From NCBI GenBank assembly GCA_964456545.1, contig CAYWAM010000001.1, positions 159,809 through 223,808 of the forward strand: a stretch of DNA of 64,000 nt. Direction: 5' to 3'. Positions 54,587 to 63,993 of the stretch are shown here, piece by piece. The notes under the pieces are model-generated. The model was not told the DNA's origin and searched no databases. It saw only the letters and a program-made list of their open reading frames with translations. Source of the stretch: an uncultured Bacteroides sp. (GTDB taxonomy: Bacteria > Bacteroidota > Bacteroidia > Bacteroidales > Muribaculaceae). Positions within the stretch are counted from its first letter, which is position 1, and each line of letters begins with the position of its first letter. A program made the translations under genes and the position numbers.

Positions 54587-57037
54587 GTGATATATCCTCA
54601 CAACATAGAAGAAAAAATCGGGTTCGACATCGTACGCAATAGCGTAGCGACGCTGTGCACCTCGCCACTGAGTGCCGATATGGCTCGCGATATGTCGTTC
54701 ATGACCGACTACGATACAATCACGGCCGAACTAGGCCGCGTAGCAGAATTCAAACAGCTAATTGAAGGCGACGAAGGTTTCCCGGCTGCAACAGTCCGCG
54801 ACATCACGGCTCGGCTGAAAGCCATTCGCCCAGATGGCACATTTCTGACAGCTGCCGAACTGACCGACCTGGCCGTATCGCTCGACTCTATATCGGCCAT
54901 CGCTTCGTTTTTTGCCACTCATCGCACAGAAAGCGACGCCAGTCAATGGCCACTACTCGATGAATTAGCTACGGCACTGACTCCCTACCCCGCTCTGTCG
55001 AAGCTAATCGACCGCACTGTCGACCGCTGGGGCGAAATCAAAGACTCGGCTTCGCCTGAGTTGGCCGACATTCGCCGACAACTATCGTCGATGAGCGGCA
55101 CTATTAATTCGATAATGCGCCGTGTGATAGCCAAGGCCGTAGCCGATGGCTATCTAGAGCAAGACACTACAGCATCGGTACGCGATGGCCGCCTAGTGGT
55201 GCCGGTAGCACCGATGAACAAGCGCCGCGTGCCGGGCATCGTGCACGACGAATCGGCCTCGGGCAAGACTATCTTCATCGAGCCGGCCGAAGTGGTCGAA
55301 GCAAATAACCGCTTGCGCGAGCTCCACATCGAGGAGCATCGCGAAGAGGTGCGCATACTGATGAGCGTAGCTGCCGAGCTGCGCCCACACATTGATGAGT
55401 TGCTAGAGTCGTACGACCTGCTGGCAACATTCGACTTCATACGCGCCAAAGCTACATACGCCATCAACATCGGTGCTTCGCTGCCACACCTGGCTCCGAA
55501 ACCCGAAATTGAATGGTATCACGCCTGCCACCCTGTGCTGCAAGAAAGTTTGCACCGCCACGGCAGAGAAATTATTCCGCTAGAGATCACTCTGAATGAG
55601 CAACGCCGCATCCTGGTGATTTCAGGTCCGAATGCCGGTGGCAAATCTGTCACTTTAAAGACGGTAGCCGTAGTTCAATATATGCTGCAAAGCGGCCTGC
55701 TGCCTCCGGTCTACGAAAACTCACATGCAGGCATCTTTGACAAGCTTTTCATCGACATCGGCGACGACCAGTCGCTCGAGGACGATCTGAGTACCTACTC
55801 GTCGCATCTGGCCAACATGAAGTATTTTCTGACTCATGGAAATGGTAACACACTGTTCATGATCGACGAAATGGGTTCCGGCACTGAGCCGCAAATTGGC
55901 GGCGCTATTGCACAGGCCTTACTGAGTGAATTTAATGACAAAGGTATGTGGGGTATAGTAACCACCCACTACCAAAATCTGAAGAAAATGGCGGAAGAGA
56001 CCGATGGCCTGGTCAACGGCTCGATGCTCTACGACCGCCAGCAGATGAAACCGCTATTCCAACTCTCAATAGGCAACGCGGGCAGCTCGTTCGCAATAGA
56101 AATTGCTCGCAAGACCGGACTACCGGCATCGATAATCGATGCAGCAGCCGAAATCGTGGGTAGCGACTATGTGAACCTCGACAAATACTTGCTCGACATA
56201 GCGCGCGACCGCCGCTACTGGGAAAACAAACGCCAACAGATTCGCCAAAAAGAGAAAAAAATCGAGGAGACACTGGCTCGCTACGAAGGCGACGCAGAAA
56301 ACCTGCGACGACGACGCAACGAAATCATTGCCGACGCACGCGACGAAGCGCGCAAGATACTCGAAGGCTCGAATGCCGCCATCGAACGTACTATCCACGA
56401 CATTCGCCGTAGCCAAGCCGAACGCGAGGCCACGCTGGAGGCGCGTCGCCAACTGGCTGCCGACCGCAAAGCTTTGGAAGGCAAGTCGGCCGACCATCCG
56501 CTACTAGCCAAGGTTCGAAAGCCCAAAGGCCATAAGACCGAAAAGAGCGAAAGTGAGCCGGCGACAAAGAAGCCGCTACAAGTCGGCGACAACGTGGTGC
56601 TCGACGGCCAAGGTGTGCCCGGCACTATCGAAGCTATTCGCGGCAAAGAAGCAGTGGTAATTTTCGGACATATTAAGACCACCGTGAAGCTCTCGCGCCT
56701 GACTCCTACACTCAAAAAGCCCGGTTCCGGTGCTTCGAAAGCCGCATCGCTGGTGAGCGTAGCCACATCCGATAGCAGTCGCGAACGACAACTTCGCTTC
56801 AAACCCGACATCGATGTGCGCGGCATGCGCGTGGACGAAGCCCTACAAGCCGTCACCTACTTTATCGACGACGCTTTGCAGTTTAACTCATCGCGCGTGC
56901 GCATCCTGCACGGCACCGGTACCGGTGCTCTGCGCCAATGCATCCGCGAATACTTGGCATCGGTGAAAGACGTGCGTTACTTCGCTGACGAAGACGTTCG
57001 CTTCGGCGGCGCTGGTATAACCGTAGTAGAATTATGA
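54587..57037 (+). CDS. mutS2: Endonuclease MutS2
   Basis: MIYPHNIEEKIGFD at the N-terminus, the Walker A motif GPNAGGKS, and the C-terminal Smr domain DVRGMRVDEAL..ILHGTGTGALR. The start codon is GTG. Confidence 0.95.
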   Translation: MIYPHNIEEKIGFDIVRNSVATLCTSPLSADMARDMSFMTDYDTITAELGRVAEFKQLIEGDEGFPAATVRDITARLKAIRPDGTFLTAAELTDLAVSLDSISAIASFFATHRTESDASQWPLLDELATALTPYPALSKLIDRTVDRWGEIKDSASPELADIRRQLSSMSGTINSIMRRVIAKAVADGYLEQDTTASVRDGRLVVPVAPMNKRRVPGIVHDESASGKTIFIEPAEVVEANNRLRELHIEEHREEVRILMSVAAELRPHIDELLESYDLLATFDFIRAKATYAINIGASLPHLAPKPEIEWYHACHPVLQESLHRHGREIIPLEITLNEQRRILVISGPNAGGKSVTLKTVAVVQYMLQSGLLPPVYENSHAGIFDKLFIDIGDDQSLEDDLSTYSSHLANMKYFLTHGNGNTLFMIDEMGSGTEPQIGGAIAQALLSEFNDKGMWGIVTTHYQNLKKMAEETDGLVNGSMLYDRQQMKPLFQLSIGNAGSSFAIEIARKTGLPASIIDAAAEIVGSDYVNLDKYLLDIARDRRYWENKRQQIRQKEKKIEETLARYEGDAENLRRRRNEIIADARDEARKILEGSNAAIERTIHDIRRSQAEREATLEARRQLAADRKALEGKSADHPLLAKVRKPKGHKTEKSESEPATKKPLQVGDNVVLDGQGVPGTIEAIRGKEAVVIFGHIKTTVKLSRLTPTLKKPGSGASKAASLVSVATSDSSRERQLRFKPDIDVRGMRVDEALQAVTYFIDDALQFNSSRVRILHGTGTGALRQCIREYLASVKDVRYFADEDVRFGGAGITVVEL

Positions 57038-57651
57038 CAAACCAAATTACTAATAAAAACAGAGATTCAAAGTTGCTGTGGCAACTATTTGTCACGTTTT
57101 TCAAGATTGGAGCCTTCACCTTTGGTGGAGGCTGGGCCATGATTTCGATTATCGAACGTGAAATAGTCGAACGCCATCGCTGGATTGAGAAGGCTGAGTT
57201 TCTCGATCTGCTGGCCGTAGCACAGTCGATGCCCGGCATCTTGGCTGTGAACATTTCAGTAGCCGTTGGCGACCGCCTGCGCGACATGCGTGGCAGCGTT
57301 GTAGCTGCGCTGGGCACCATCATGCCATCGTTCATGATTATCCTGGCAATCGCCATATTCCTGACACCCGAATTGATAACGAACGACCCTACGCTTTCGG
57401 CTATCTTCAAAGGTATTCGTCCGGCCGTAGTGGCTCTAATTGTGGCGCCGGTTATCACCTCGGCAAAAGCAGCGAAAATCGGTCTGCGCACAGCGTGGAT
57501 TCCGATAATTGTGGCACTGCTGATTTGGTCGAAGTTGCCAATAGTTTCGAACCCGATACTTTACATCACCATCGGTGGCTTCGTGGGCTGGTGGCATTTG
57601 CGCCAAAGCAACCGTCGCAAACTTGCTGAAAAGAAAGGAGGCGAAAAATGA
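57034..57651 (+). CDS. chrA: Chromate transporter (CHR) family, short-chain half 1
   Basis: FFKIGAFTFGGGWAMISIIEREIVERHRWI is the CHR signature. The start overlaps the mutS2 stop in an ATGA junction. Confidence 0.88.
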   Translation: MTNQITNKNRDSKLLWQLFVTFFKIGAFTFGGGWAMISIIEREIVERHRWIEKAEFLDLLAVAQSMPGILAVNISVAVGDRLRDMRGSVVAALGTIMPSFMIILAIAIFLTPELITNDPTLSAIFKGIRPAVVALIVAPVITSAKAAKIGLRTAWIPIIVALLIWSKLPIVSNPILYITIGGFVGWWHLRQSNRRKLAEKKGGEK

Positions 57652-58217
57652 TTTACCTTCGACTGATTTGGAGCTACCTTAAAATAGGTTTCTTCGGCTT
57701 TGGCGGCGGATACGCCATGCTGGCTCTGATACAAAATGAAATTGTCACTCCGGGATGGATTACCGAAAAGATGTTTACCGACATTGTGGCTATCTCGCAG
57801 ATGACCCCGGGCCCCATTGGCATCAACTCCGCGACATACATAGGCTACGTAGCACCAATGGCCGCGCTTCAGCCGCCTGTATCACCACTATGGGGCGTAC
57901 TTGGCTCGATAATCTGTACGTTGGTAGTGATACTACCGTCGTTTCTGCTCATGCGCTACACCGGCCACTTTGTGCGCCGTCATCGCGACAGCGAAATAAT
58001 TCAAGGAATATTCAGTGGTCTGCGTCCGGTGGTCGTTGGCCTAATTGCCTCGGCAGCTTTACTGCTGATGAACAGCGAAAACTTCGGTTCGTCGAGCTCG
58101 GAAGTTACGATAAGTATCATCATAGCGCTTGCATCGCTTGCCATAAGCCTATTTACTAAAATCCACCCAATCGTGACAATCTGCCTTGCCGGATTAGCCG
58201 GGTACTTGATATTCTGA
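57648..58217 (+). CDS. chrA: Chromate transporter (CHR) family, short-chain half 2
   Basis: LKIGFFGFGGGYAMLALIQNEIV is the CHR signature. The start overlaps the first half in an ATGA junction. Confidence 0.88.
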   Translation: MIYLRLIWSYLKIGFFGFGGGYAMLALIQNEIVTPGWITEKMFTDIVAISQMTPGPIGINSATYIGYVAPMAALQPPVSPLWGVLGSIICTLVVILPSFLLMRYTGHFVRRHRDSEIIQGIFSGLRPVVVGLIASAALLLMNSENFGSSSSEVTISIIIALASLAISLFTKIHPIVTICLAGLAGYLIF

Positions 58218-58223
58218 TTTGAA

Positions 58224-59534
58224 ATGGAAATGAAAGACCGATACGAAGAAGTAACATCGTGGATGTTCGAACAAATACCTATGTTTCAAAACGTTGGTAG
58301 CGGTGCCTACAAACCTGGACTTGAACGCGTAGAAGCGCTTTCGGAAGCTTTCGGAAATCCACACCGCCAATTTTCCACAATACACGTTGCCGGCACTAAT
58401 GGCAAAGGGTCTACCTCTTCGCTTTTGGCTTCAGTACTGACCAGCTCCGGGCTAAAAACGGGCTTATTCACCTCGCCCCACCTTGTGGACTTCCGCGAAC
58501 GCATTCGCATCGACGGCAAGATGATTTCCAAGGAAGAAGTAGTCGACTTTATCGACCGATACCAGTTGCTCAACGGTGAGTTTGAACCCTCGTTCTTTGA
58601 ACTGACCACGATGATGGCATTTGACCACTTCGCTCGCCACAAAGTCGACATCGCTATAATCGAAACCGGACTTGGCGGCCGACTCGACGCTACTAATATT
58701 ATCACACCGCTAGTATCGGTAATTACAAATATATCGCTCGACCACACAGCGCTACTCGGTGACACACCCGCACAAATTGCAAGCGAAAAGGCCGGCATCA
58801 TTAAGCCGGGAGTCCCGGTAGTCATTGGCCGCGCCGACGATGCCGCCGTACACGCAGTGTTTGCTGAAAAAGCAGCTGCCGAGAAAGCACCTATAATATT
58901 TGCTGCCGAAAACCCGGCCTTCAATTCGGTAGACCGCACCGAAAATACAATCACATACCACACTACACAGTGGGGCCAGATTGTATCACCTCTGACAGGC
59001 GATTGCCAAAGTGAAAACGCCAACACCGTATTCAATACCCTTAAATTGCTTTCCGACAAAATCGACGGCCATGCCGTAGCCAGTGGTTTTCGCGACGTAG
59101 CTCGTCTCTCGGGCCTACAAGGCCGCTGGATGACCATAGGCCACTCGCCTACATTAATTTGCGACACAGGGCACAACCCCGGTGGTTGGGAATTTCTTGG
59201 CCCACGCCTACGCCAGATGGCATCCGAGCATCCGCTCGACGTGGTAATCGGCTTTGTCAACGACAAAGACATTAGCCATATTCTCAACGAACTGCCACAC
59301 GAAGCTCGCTACTACTTCACTTGCCCATCCGTTAGACGTGGCCGGCCGGCCGAGGAAGTGGCTCAAGCCGCTGCCGGATTCGGACTCGTCGGCGCGACCT
59401 ACCCCGACGTAGCTCATGCTTGCGAAGCTGCCATACAAACAGCAGGCACCAGTGGCCAAGTGTTTGTCGGTGGTTCCACATTCATTGTGGCCGACCTGCT
59501 GAGTGCCCTCGAAAATGGAGCTTTAAAACTATAG
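58224..59534 (+). CDS. folC: Bifunctional folylpolyglutamate synthase/dihydrofolate synthase
   Basis: HVAGTNGKGSTSS is the Mur-ligase P-loop, followed by IIETGLGGRLDATN and ITNISLDH. Confidence 0.93.
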   Translation: MEMKDRYEEVTSWMFEQIPMFQNVGSGAYKPGLERVEALSEAFGNPHRQFSTIHVAGTNGKGSTSSLLASVLTSSGLKTGLFTSPHLVDFRERIRIDGKMISKEEVVDFIDRYQLLNGEFEPSFFELTTMMAFDHFARHKVDIAIIETGLGGRLDATNIITPLVSVITNISLDHTALLGDTPAQIASEKAGIIKPGVPVVIGRADDAAVHAVFAEKAAAEKAPIIFAAENPAFNSVDRTENTITYHTTQWGQIVSPLTGDCQSENANTVFNTLKLLSDKIDGHAVASGFRDVARLSGLQGRWMTIGHSPTLICDTGHNPGGWEFLGPRLRQMASEHPLDVVIGFVNDKDISHILNELPHEARYYFTCPSVRRGRPAEEVAQAAAGFGLVGATYPDVAHACEAAIQTAGTSGQVFVGGSTFIVADLLSALENGALKL

Positions 59535-59557
59535 TTTTAAACCAAACAAATCTCACA

Positions 59558-59599
59558 ACGAACCGAACGGGAAGTCACCCACCGGCTCGTTATTTTTTT
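59558..59599 (+). terminator. Terminator after folC
   Basis: ACGAACCG pairs with CGGCTCGT, an 8-bp stem with one mismatch, followed by TATTTTTTT. Confidence 0.55.
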
Positions 59600-59660
59600 A
59601 ATTTTATCAAAAAACAAAACGCAAACTAGGAGCAAAGTTGCATAATCCGACTGAAAGAGC

Positions 59661-59668
59661 TAAATTTG
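59661..59668 (+). promoter_or_regulatory. -7 promoter box for the PBP1A gene
   Basis: TAAATTTG lies 27 nt upstream of the ATG at 59696. Confidence 0.5.
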
Positions 59669-59695
59669 TCTGTCAATATCAACGTCAACTAACAG

Positions 59696-62080
59696 ATGGC
59701 TACAAACACCTCTAAAGAAAAAAATACAGCCGTGGCTAAGCCCATCAGCAAGAAAATTGCAAAATATCTACTTGCAGCGTTTGGCTTAGGTAGTGTATTA
59801 CTCATATTATTATTTGTTCTCGTCTACAACGGTGTAATCGGATATATGCCGCCCGTCGAAGAGCTACGTAATCCGCAAGACAAATTTGCGACGACCATCT
59901 ACACATCCGACGGCGTGGAGCTGGGACGCTATTTCCGCAACTCAGGCAATCGCGTGTATGCCGACCTCGATGAAGTATCGCCCAACGTGGTCAACGCACT
60001 GATTGCCACCGAGGATGCTCGCTTTATGGACCACTCAGGCATCGACCTGCGAGCCGTGACCCGCGCAGTGGTAAAGACAATCTTGCTACGCCAAAAGAAC
60101 TCAGGCGGTGGCTCCACCCTCACCCAACAGCTGGCCAAGCAGCTCTACACACCGCCAAGCGACGGCCTGCTTTCGCGCGCCGTTCAGAAACCAATCGAAT
60201 GGATGATTGCCGTGAAGCTCGAACGCTTCTACTCGAAGGACGAGATTCTGAAAATGTACCTCAATCAGTTCGACTTTCTATACAATGCAGTAGGTATCAA
60301 GAGTGCCGCTCAAGTTTACTTCAACAAAGATGCCTCTGACCTGAAAATCGAAGAGGCTGCTACTCTGGTCGGCATGGTGAAAAATCCGTCGTACTATAAC
60401 CCCGTGCGACACAACGACCGCACACGAGCTCGCCGCAACGTCGTACTCGAGCAAATGTACAAAGCCGACATGCTGTCCGAAGCCGAGCTCGACTCGCTGC
60501 AAGCACTGCCGCTGACTCTCAACTTCCGCCGCGTCGACCACAAAGACGGCATGGCTCCCTACTTCCGCGAAGAGCTTCGCCGCTATCTGACAGCACACAA
60601 GCCCAACCGCGACAAATATCCCTCGTGGGACAAGCAGCGATTCGTTGACGACTCTATCGCATGGGAAAATAATCCTCTCTATGGCTGGATTGACAAGAAC
60701 CCCAAGCCCGACGGCACAAAATACGACATCTACACCGATGGTCTGAAAATATACACAACGCTCGACTCTCGCATGCAGACCTATGCCGAGCAGGCCGTCA
60801 ACGAGCACATGAGGACTCTGCAGGCTCAGTTCTTCCGCGAAAAGCGCAAATCGCCGACAGCCCCCTACTCGTCGAACACCAACGAATTGAGCGCTAAGAC
60901 TCGCGAATCTCTGATTCGCAATGCCATACGCCAAAGCGAACGCACCCGCGTAGCTCGCATCGCCGGCAAATCTGAAGAAGAAATTCTCCGCGAATTCGAC
61001 ACACCGACCGAAATGACCGTCTTCAGCTACTCCGGCCCAATCGACACGGTAATGACTCCGCGCGACTCGCTGCTTTATGCTAAGACATTCCTCCGCACCG
61101 GATTTATGTCAATGGATCCGAATACCGGATTCGTAAAAGCATATGTCGGTGGCCCTGACTTCCACTTCTTCCAGTACGACATGGTCTCGACCGGCCGACG
61201 CCAGATTGGTTCTACAATCAAACCATTCCTCTACACATACGCCATGGAGTCGGACTTCACACCGTGCGACGAACTGCTCAACTCGCAGCCCACATATTAC
61301 GACGAATCAGGACGTCCATGGTCGCCACGCAATGCAGGTAAAACTAACATCGACGAAATGGTGACCATACGCTGGGCTCTCACCAACTCCAACAACTGGA
61401 TTTCAGCACGACTGATGGCCCAACTCTCGCCTGCCGAGCTCGTCAAGCGCATGCACTCATATGGCATCACCAACGAGCTACCGGCCGTGATGTCGCTCTG
61501 CCTTGGCCCTTGCGAAGTTTCAGTAAAAGAAATGGTCACCGCATATAGCGCCTTCGCCAACCACGGCATGCGCGTCGACCCCATGTTCGTAACTGCTATT
61601 GCCGACAACAATGGCAACATCATTAGCGATTTCGCTCCGCGTCAGACAGAAGTAATCACCGAAAAAGGTTATTACCGCATCCTGTCGATGCTGCTCAACG
61701 TAGTCGATGGCGGCACCGGCAATCGTCTGCGCCGTGCACCATACAACCTCACCGCTCAGATGGGAGGCAAAACCGGCACCACCAACTTCAATGCCGATGG
61801 TTGGTTCATGGGATTCACCCCCGACCTAGTTTCAGGCGTGTGGGTCGGTGGCGAAGAACGCTACATCCACTTCAATTCGCTAGCCGAAGGCCAAGGCGCT
61901 TCTATGGCACTTCCTATCTACGGCAAGTACATGGTGAAAGTATATGGCGACAAAAACTTGCCATACGACCAAAGCAAGACATTCACATTCCCAGCAGACC
62001 TCGACCTATGTGGCGGCGAACTCTCCGCACCTGAAGAAACCGAGACAGCCGAAGAAAGCGTAGAAGGCATATTTGACTAA
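59696..62080 (+). CDS. mrcA: Penicillin-binding protein 1A (bifunctional transglycosylase/transpeptidase)
   Basis: The GT51 motifs are EDARFMDHSGID and GGSTLTQQLAK. The transpeptidase motifs are STIKPF (SxxK), SNN and KTGTT. Confidence 0.94.
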   Translation: MATNTSKEKNTAVAKPISKKIAKYLLAAFGLGSVLLILLFVLVYNGVIGYMPPVEELRNPQDKFATTIYTSDGVELGRYFRNSGNRVYADLDEVSPNVVNALIATEDARFMDHSGIDLRAVTRAVVKTILLRQKNSGGGSTLTQQLAKQLYTPPSDGLLSRAVQKPIEWMIAVKLERFYSKDEILKMYLNQFDFLYNAVGIKSAAQVYFNKDASDLKIEEAATLVGMVKNPSYYNPVRHNDRTRARRNVVLEQMYKADMLSEAELDSLQALPLTLNFRRVDHKDGMAPYFREELRRYLTAHKPNRDKYPSWDKQRFVDDSIAWENNPLYGWIDKNPKPDGTKYDIYTDGLKIYTTLDSRMQTYAEQAVNEHMRTLQAQFFREKRKSPTAPYSSNTNELSAKTRESLIRNAIRQSERTRVARIAGKSEEEILREFDTPTEMTVFSYSGPIDTVMTPRDSLLYAKTFLRTGFMSMDPNTGFVKAYVGGPDFHFFQYDMVSTGRRQIGSTIKPFLYTYAMESDFTPCDELLNSQPTYYDESGRPWSPRNAGKTNIDEMVTIRWALTNSNNWISARLMAQLSPAELVKRMHSYGITNELPAVMSLCLGPCEVSVKEMVTAYSAFANHGMRVDPMFVTAIADNNGNIISDFAPRQTEVITEKGYYRILSMLLNVVDGGTGNRLRRAPYNLTAQMGGKTGTTNFNADGWFMGFTPDLVSGVWVGGEERYIHFNSLAEGQGASMALPIYGKYMVKVYGDKNLPYDQSKTFTFPADLDLCGGELSAPEETETAEESVEGIFD

Positions 62081-62105
62081 GCTCCTACTCAGACTACAAG
62101 ACAAT

Positions 62106-62152
62106 GCGCCCGCCTAAAGCTACTTAAGCCTAAGGCGGGCGCAATATTTTTC
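62106..62152 (+). terminator. Terminator after the PBP1A gene
   Basis: GCGCCCGCCT pairs with AGGCGGGCGC, a 10-bp stem, followed by AATATTTTT. Confidence 0.7.
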
Positions 62153-62236
62153 AACAAGGCAAAAGGAATGGACTGCTACAGTCTACTATCCTAATGTGAT
62201 GACCACGATTACAGATGAATTGCTCACGATTAGCAA

Positions 62237-63271
62237 TTACTTCTCGCGACCGGTAGTAGTGACGATGCGAAAAAGTAGCTCCTTAAGCAGCACGTGTCCA
62301 TCACGACGCGAGCCACTACCCTTGCTCATACGGTCAAAAGCGCGTATTTCCGACAGAATGCTCACAACTTGGAATGCATTGTAAGCCGCCATACCCTTTT
62401 GCACACGCTTTACAGCAAATGAGTTGCGGACACCCAATTCGCCCATTAGACCTCGCTCTGTACGGTCAGTAGCATAATAAGCGACCAATACATCAGCAAA
62501 AAAATTGAACAAAGTGGCTGACACAGGCTGAACAGGATTCTGACGTGGATTTGCAGCAAAATAGTCGGCTATTCGATATATACGAGGCAAATCGCGCACC
62601 GCAATAGCATCGACCAATTCAAAGCTATTGTAATCCTTGCTCACGCCGATATTGCGCTCCACGGCCTCAGGTGTCACCATCGCACCCTTCCCAAGAATTT
62701 CCGACAACTTATCAATTTCATTATAGAGTCGGCTCAGATCCGTGCCAATGTATTCACCTAGCATCTCCACAGCCTTATTGTCGGGCTGCATACCACGTTC
62801 GCGTATATAGTTCGAGATTAGTGCCGGAATTTGGCTATCATAGACAGGCTTCGACTGAAATACTACACCATCACAAGCCGCCATAGCATCAGTGAACGCT
62901 TTGCACTTCACATCCTCACCACGAGCAGCGACTACCAACACTGTCGTCGACGTAGGCGACGACACGTAGCGAACAAGTTTTTCAAGATAATCAGACCTGA
63001 CTGATTGCACCTCTTTGAGAATCACTACTTGGCGATCAGTCATCATCGGCAGACGACGGCAAATATCAACCACAGCCGACGGAGCCTCCTGCGGTGCATA
63101 TACCACCGTGAGGCCAAAATCGCGGTCTTCTTCCGGGATTACCGATTCAAACATCTTTACAAGACAATCGGTATAGTAACCCTCGCGACCATGTAGCAAA
63201 TACACCGGACGCAGATTTCCAGCGCCAATCGCGCGCTTCAACTCCTCAAATGTAAGATTCGTAATGGCCAT
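62237..63271 (-). CDS. holA: DNA polymerase III delta subunit
   Basis: LRPVYLLHGREGYYTD..VVILKE is the HolA pattern, and the gene sits in the usual Bacteroidetes divergent arrangement with an HsdR_N-like gene. The track start at 63328 is GTG, so I chose the ATG at 63271. Confidence 0.85.
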   Translation of the reverse strand: MAITNLTFEELKRAIGAGNLRPVYLLHGREGYYTDCLVKMFESVIPEEDRDFGLTVVYAPQEAPSAVVDICRRLPMMTDRQVVILKEVQSVRSDYLEKLVRYVSSPTSTTVLVVAARGEDVKCKAFTDAMAACDGVVFQSKPVYDSQIPALISNYIRERGMQPDNKAVEMLGEYIGTDLSRLYNEIDKLSEILGKGAMVTPEAVERNIGVSKDYNSFELVDAIAVRDLPRIYRIADYFAANPRQNPVQPVSATLFNFFADVLVAYYATDRTERGLMGELGVRNSFAVKRVQKGMAAYNAFQVVSILSEIRAFDRMSKGSGSRRDGHVLLKELLFRIVTTTGREK

Positions 63272-63282
63272 CTGAAAAAATT

Positions 63283-63298
63283 TGTGTAAATTTACACA
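63283..63298. promoter_or_regulatory. Perfect 16-bp palindrome in the holA / HsdR_N divergent intergenic region
   Basis: TGTGTAAATTTACACA. Its core TAAATTTA is one mismatch from TAnnTTTG on both strands. It lies 27 nt from the ATG at 63322 and 15 nt from the ATG at 63271. Confidence 0.45.
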
Positions 63299-63321
63299 GA
63301 AATTTCCGAACACGCACCAAA

Positions 63322-63816
63322 ATGGCACAAGAAAACGAGACTCCTCAACTGAATTTGCCTTCGGCTTCGATTACGACCCGCATCGACCCTGATGGCGTGT
63401 GCCGCCTCTACGACAAATTGCGCTCGAAGTGGGTCGCCGCTACACCCGAGGAACGCGTGCGACAGCAATTCGTCTACTACCTAATCAATGTATTACAATT
63501 TCCGGCTGCTTTCGTAGCAAACGAAGTGGGCCTAACGCTCAACGACACTCGCCGCCGCTGCGACACCATAATATATACGCGCGCACTGCGCCCACTATGT
63601 ATAGTCGAATACAAACGTCCATCAGTCGAAATCACCCGAAAAGTATTCGACCAGATAGCCCGCTACAACTCAGTGCTGGGCGCTAGATACCTAATAGTAT
63701 CAAACGGCCTGCGCCACTACTGCTGCCACTTCACCGGCTCCGGCTACGAATTCCTCTCATCCATACCCACTTACGAAGAAATGCTAGCTTTTGCGCAAAA
63801 AAAATCACCAAATTAG
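63322..63816 (+). CDS. Type I restriction enzyme HsdR N-terminal domain-like protein (stand-alone PD-(D/E)xK-like)
   Basis: TPEERVRQQFVYYLI..RRCDTIIY..CIVEYKRPSVEI..FDQIARYN..LIVSNG is the conserved HSDR_N_2-type pattern. Confidence 0.8.
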   Translation: MAQENETPQLNLPSASITTRIDPDGVCRLYDKLRSKWVAATPEERVRQQFVYYLINVLQFPAAFVANEVGLTLNDTRRRCDTIIYTRALRPLCIVEYKRPSVEITRKVFDQIARYNSVLGARYLIVSNGLRHYCCHFTGSGYEFLSSIPTYEEMLAFAQKKSPN

Positions 63817-63839
63817 TTGTATAATCCAACGGAAAGCAT

Positions 63840-63847
63840 TAACTTTG
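63840..63847 (+). promoter_or_regulatory. -7 promoter box for tRNA-Ser
   Basis: TAACTTTG lies 14 nt upstream of the mature tRNA 5' end. Confidence 0.5.
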
Positions 63848-63861
63848 CACTGCAAAATCAA

Positions 63862-63951
63862 GGAGAGGTGGGTGAGTGGCTGAAACCACCAGTTTGCTAA
63901 ACTGACGTAGGAGCAATCCTACCACGAGTTCGAATCTCGTCCTCTCCGCCA
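63862..63951 (+). tRNA. tRNA-Ser (anticodon GCU), class II with long variable arm, encoded CCA
   Basis: I folded it by hand. The acceptor stem pairs GGAGAGG with CCTCTCC. The D-stem has 3 bp. The anticodon loop is TTGCTAA (anticodon GCT). The variable arm is GTAGGA-gcaa-TCCTAC. The T-arm is ACGAG-TTCGAAT-CTCGT. The discriminator base is G, followed by CCA. Confidence 0.93.
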
Positions 63952-63960
63952 TCAACAATA

Positions 63961-63993
63961 AACCCGCTGAAATCAGCGGGTTTTTCTTTTTTT
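63961..63993 (+). terminator. Intrinsic terminator after tRNA-Ser
   Basis: CCCGCTG-aaat-CAGCGGG is followed by TTTTTCTTTTTTT. Confidence 0.8.

Noticed and set aside
57034-58217. Two adjacent half-size chromate transporter genes as a possible frameshifted pseudogene
   Set aside because: Each half has its own CHR signature and a full set of hydrophobic segments. They join by a clean ATGA overlap. Paired short-chain CHR proteins are a known natural arrangement.
58307-59287. 326-aa minus-strand ORF, the longest unexplained ORF in the track
   Set aside because: It lies fully inside and antisense to folC. The sequence is Ser/Arg/Pro-rich and low-complexity, with no promoter box or motif. I treat it as a shadow ORF. 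The same reasoning applies to 51190-51861, 60278-60934, 25636-26220, 56281-56856, 56883-57491, 30031-30594 and 53879-54445.
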